A stretch of 64,000 nt of DNA from Chamaesiphon sp. (lineage in GTDB: Bacteria > Cyanobacteriota > Cyanobacteriia > Cyanobacteriales > Chamaesiphonaceae): contig CBDFFH010000015.1 in assembly GCA_965246715.1 (NCBI GenBank), positions 128,001 to 192,000 on the forward strand, written 5' to 3'. The translations under genes and the position numbers were made by a program. This document shows, one piece after another, positions 61,819 to 64,000 of this stretch. Position 1 is the first letter of the stretch. Each line of letters begins with the position of its first letter. The notes under the pieces were generated by a model. That model searched no databases. It was not told the DNA's origin and worked only from the letters and a program-made list of their open reading frames with translations.

Positions 61819-63777
61819 ATGACTAATCACCTCGCGGCCAAAATTGTCTGTCAAAATCCTGAATGCCAAGCTCCCAATCCAGTGAGCCACAATTTTTGTG
61901 CTCATTGTCGCACGGCAATACCTAAAGTTTATTTATGGGTCGTAGGCGAGGATGCCCAGAGTTTAAAAATCGGTCAGACACTAGCCAACAATCGCTATTT
62001 AGTCGTTAACGATCGGGTGTTATTGGACACCAAACCAGGGTGGCAACCAGAATCTGTCGAACGTGTGCCCGAACAGATCGTGCCTTATTTAAGATCGATC
62101 GGTCATCGTCCGCATATCCCACAAGTTTATGGATCGATTACCTACAGTCGATCGGGACGACGCTCCACCACCTTATGGTTGCTAGAAAAAGCACCCATTT
62201 ATAGTGAGGGTTTGGGTGCAGCCTTGGCGGGGAAACTCATGCCCGAAATCAGTGAAGGTTGGAAGGGAGCTGGCTCGATGCGCCAACTTAATTGGTTGTG
62301 GCAAATGGCTAATCTATGGGATCCATTACAAGTAGAAGGTGTGAATAAAACGCTGCTGCATCCCGAATTATTACGGGTTGAAGGTGGGTTATTGCGGGCG
62401 GTCGAATTGATGCCCAATGGCGAAACCCCGCCCAAACTGGCCGACTTGGGCAAGTTGTGGAAAATGTGGCAAAAACAAGCCCGCATGGGCATCGCCCAGT
62501 CGCTGGAAAAAATATGTAACCAACTGATCGGGGGAGAAGTTACAACTGCGACACAGTTAATTTCGCTGTTCGATGAGGCACTGCGGACGGTTGGGCAAAA
62601 ACAATTTCTCAACTGTAACTATCTAACGCTCAGTCACAGTGGCCCCACGCGCGAGCAAAATGAAGATGCCTGTTATCCACCCAGTGGCGAACCCCTGTTC
62701 CAAAATACAGGCTACGACCTAAGTTTGGCGATCGTCTGCGATGGTGTCGGCGGCCATCAGGGTGGCGAAGTCGCATCCAATCTCGCGATCGATACCATTC
62801 GCCGCCGGATTGAAAACGTCCTCGACAAGCCCGAAAATCGTTATCCAGAAAGTATTGCCATTCAAATCGAAAACTCGACTTGTGTTGCCAACGACCAAAT
62901 AAGTCTTCGCAATGACAGTGAAAATCGCCACGAACGCGAGCGGATGGGAACGACAATGGTAATGAGCCTAATCTACGGACATGAGGCTTATATCGCCCAT
63001 ATCGGAGATAGTCGCTTGTACCGGATTACCCGCACGGGTTGCCATCAAATGACGCTCGACGATGACTTGGCAACTCGGGAAGTCCGGCTCAGCGGGATCT
63101 TGTATCGCGAAGCCCTTGGGTTGGCTAGTTCGGGTTCGCTATTTCAAGCTTTGGGAATGAATTCTTCAACTGCACTACATCCAAATATTCGCCGAACGAT
63201 CTTGGATGAAGAATGTATTTTTTTGCTATGTTCCGATGGTGTCAGCGATCGCGATCGGGTCGATCAGTACTGGCAATCAGAAATTCTTCCAGTCTTGGAA
63301 GGTAAGGTAGATTTGACTACCGCCTGCCAACGGATGATCAACATGGCAAATTCACGGAATGGGCATGACAACTCTACTGTCGCGCTCGTCCACTGTCAGG
63401 TGAAACAACCAGTCGAAGCAGGACAAACCACTACCTTACAAGACTTTGCGAGTACTGCCACCGCTGCATTCGATCGATCTTCTACGCTATTGCTCAGCAG
63501 TCCAGAAGTAGATCCCAGTGACACGCCGCTTTTGAAGAACAATGCAAATCGCGACTCGACCAAGTTGGGAGATAAGGGCCGTAAAAATCTGCTTCTCGGC
63601 GCGATCGGTTTAGTTTTATTAGTTGCGATCGGTGCTACAGGCTGGTTTGTGTCGCAAGGACAACCAACAGTCACACCATCGACCCCTACTCCAGACCATC
63701 CGAAGACAATCGCTCCCGACCATCCGATTAGCCCCGCTCCTGTTAACAGCCCGAGCCAACCGCCAACTGTAAATTAA
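61819..63777 (+). CDS. PP2C-family Ser/Thr phosphatase with N-terminal zinc ribbon and C-terminal TM
   Basis: CQNPEC..FCAHC; R..NED, VCDGVGGH..GE.AS, MGTT, HIGDSR, LLCSDG, DN. Confidence 0.9.
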   Translation: MTNHLAAKIVCQNPECQAPNPVSHNFCAHCRTAIPKVYLWVVGEDAQSLKIGQTLANNRYLVVNDRVLLDTKPGWQPESVERVPEQIVPYLRSIGHRPHIPQVYGSITYSRSGRRSTTLWLLEKAPIYSEGLGAALAGKLMPEISEGWKGAGSMRQLNWLWQMANLWDPLQVEGVNKTLLHPELLRVEGGLLRAVELMPNGETPPKLADLGKLWKMWQKQARMGIAQSLEKICNQLIGGEVTTATQLISLFDEALRTVGQKQFLNCNYLTLSHSGPTREQNEDACYPPSGEPLFQNTGYDLSLAIVCDGVGGHQGGEVASNLAIDTIRRRIENVLDKPENRYPESIAIQIENSTCVANDQISLRNDSENRHERERMGTTMVMSLIYGHEAYIAHIGDSRLYRITRTGCHQMTLDDDLATREVRLSGILYREALGLASSGSLFQALGMNSSTALHPNIRRTILDEECIFLLCSDGVSDRDRVDQYWQSEILPVLEGKVDLTTACQRMINMANSRNGHDNSTVALVHCQVKQPVEAGQTTTLQDFASTATAAFDRSSTLLLSSPEVDPSDTPLLKNNANRDSTKLGDKGRKNLLLGAIGLVLLVAIGATGWFVSQGQPTVTPSTPTPDHPKTIAPDHPISPAPVNSPSQPPTVN

Positions 63778-63790
63778 CGTCAGTTCGGGA
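63777..63790 (+). mobile_element. Left terminal repeat of another ACGTCAGTTCGGG element; other end not in the window
   Basis: taaatta|ACGTCAGTTCGGGA overlapping the PP2C stop codon. Confidence 0.6.
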
Positions 63791-64000
63791 TCGGGTTCTA
63801 TCGATCGGTCATCATCACGTCAGCAATTAGCGTAGAAAATCTAGATCATCTGGGTATTGGCATATTGCATTCGGGAATTAGCCCTCTTCCATATCTACTC
63901 CCTACCCAGATACCACCAGCCTGCTTGCACTCACTTTTACGCGTAGCATTCTGCCGCTCGATTTTTCTCACCAGCGTGCCAGTTTTGTCGCAATAAATTG

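Noticed and set aside
63800..64000. Possible minus-strand coding fragment (ECKQAGGIWVG...)
   Set aside because: Interrupted by a stop and truncated by the window edge; cannot be supported

Overview
Cyanobacterial chromosome segment (psbA, chlG, Fd-GOGAT, urtABCDE, extreme CGATCG/HIP-type enrichment; a Chamaesiphon-like host is my inference). Most of the window is core genes: acyl-ACP synthetase, pdhC, glutamate synthase, psbA, urea ABC transporter, rsmE, MurT/GatD, RluA, era, scpA, NDP-sugar pyrophosphorylase, ureG, TrmH, tRNA-Leu(CAG), pheS, xseAB, chlG, LD-carboxypeptidase and PP2C. Three accessory areas stand out. (1) At 4.3-9.4 kb, an array of four small two-gene modules (RelBE-type, two VapBC-type, and an uncharacterised coiled-coil pair broken by an ISAs1 element and a nonsense codon) is punctuated by a four-copy ~105-110 bp repeat (promoter plus truncated antitoxin-like ORF) and shorter shared repeats, with junctions often at CGATCG runs. 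It resembles a cassette array, with no integrase in view. (2) At 51-54 kb, removing an IS5 element restores a 478-aa PD-(D/E)xK nuclease-like/ParA fusion, followed by a ParB-like/helix-hairpin-helix gene. (3) At 58.25-60.18 kb, an inverted-repeat-bounded foreign cargo segment. There is also a MITE family sitting at gene boundaries and a ~50 bp element conserved in structure rather than sequence, nested in other repeats. All calls are by eye, with no database searches.
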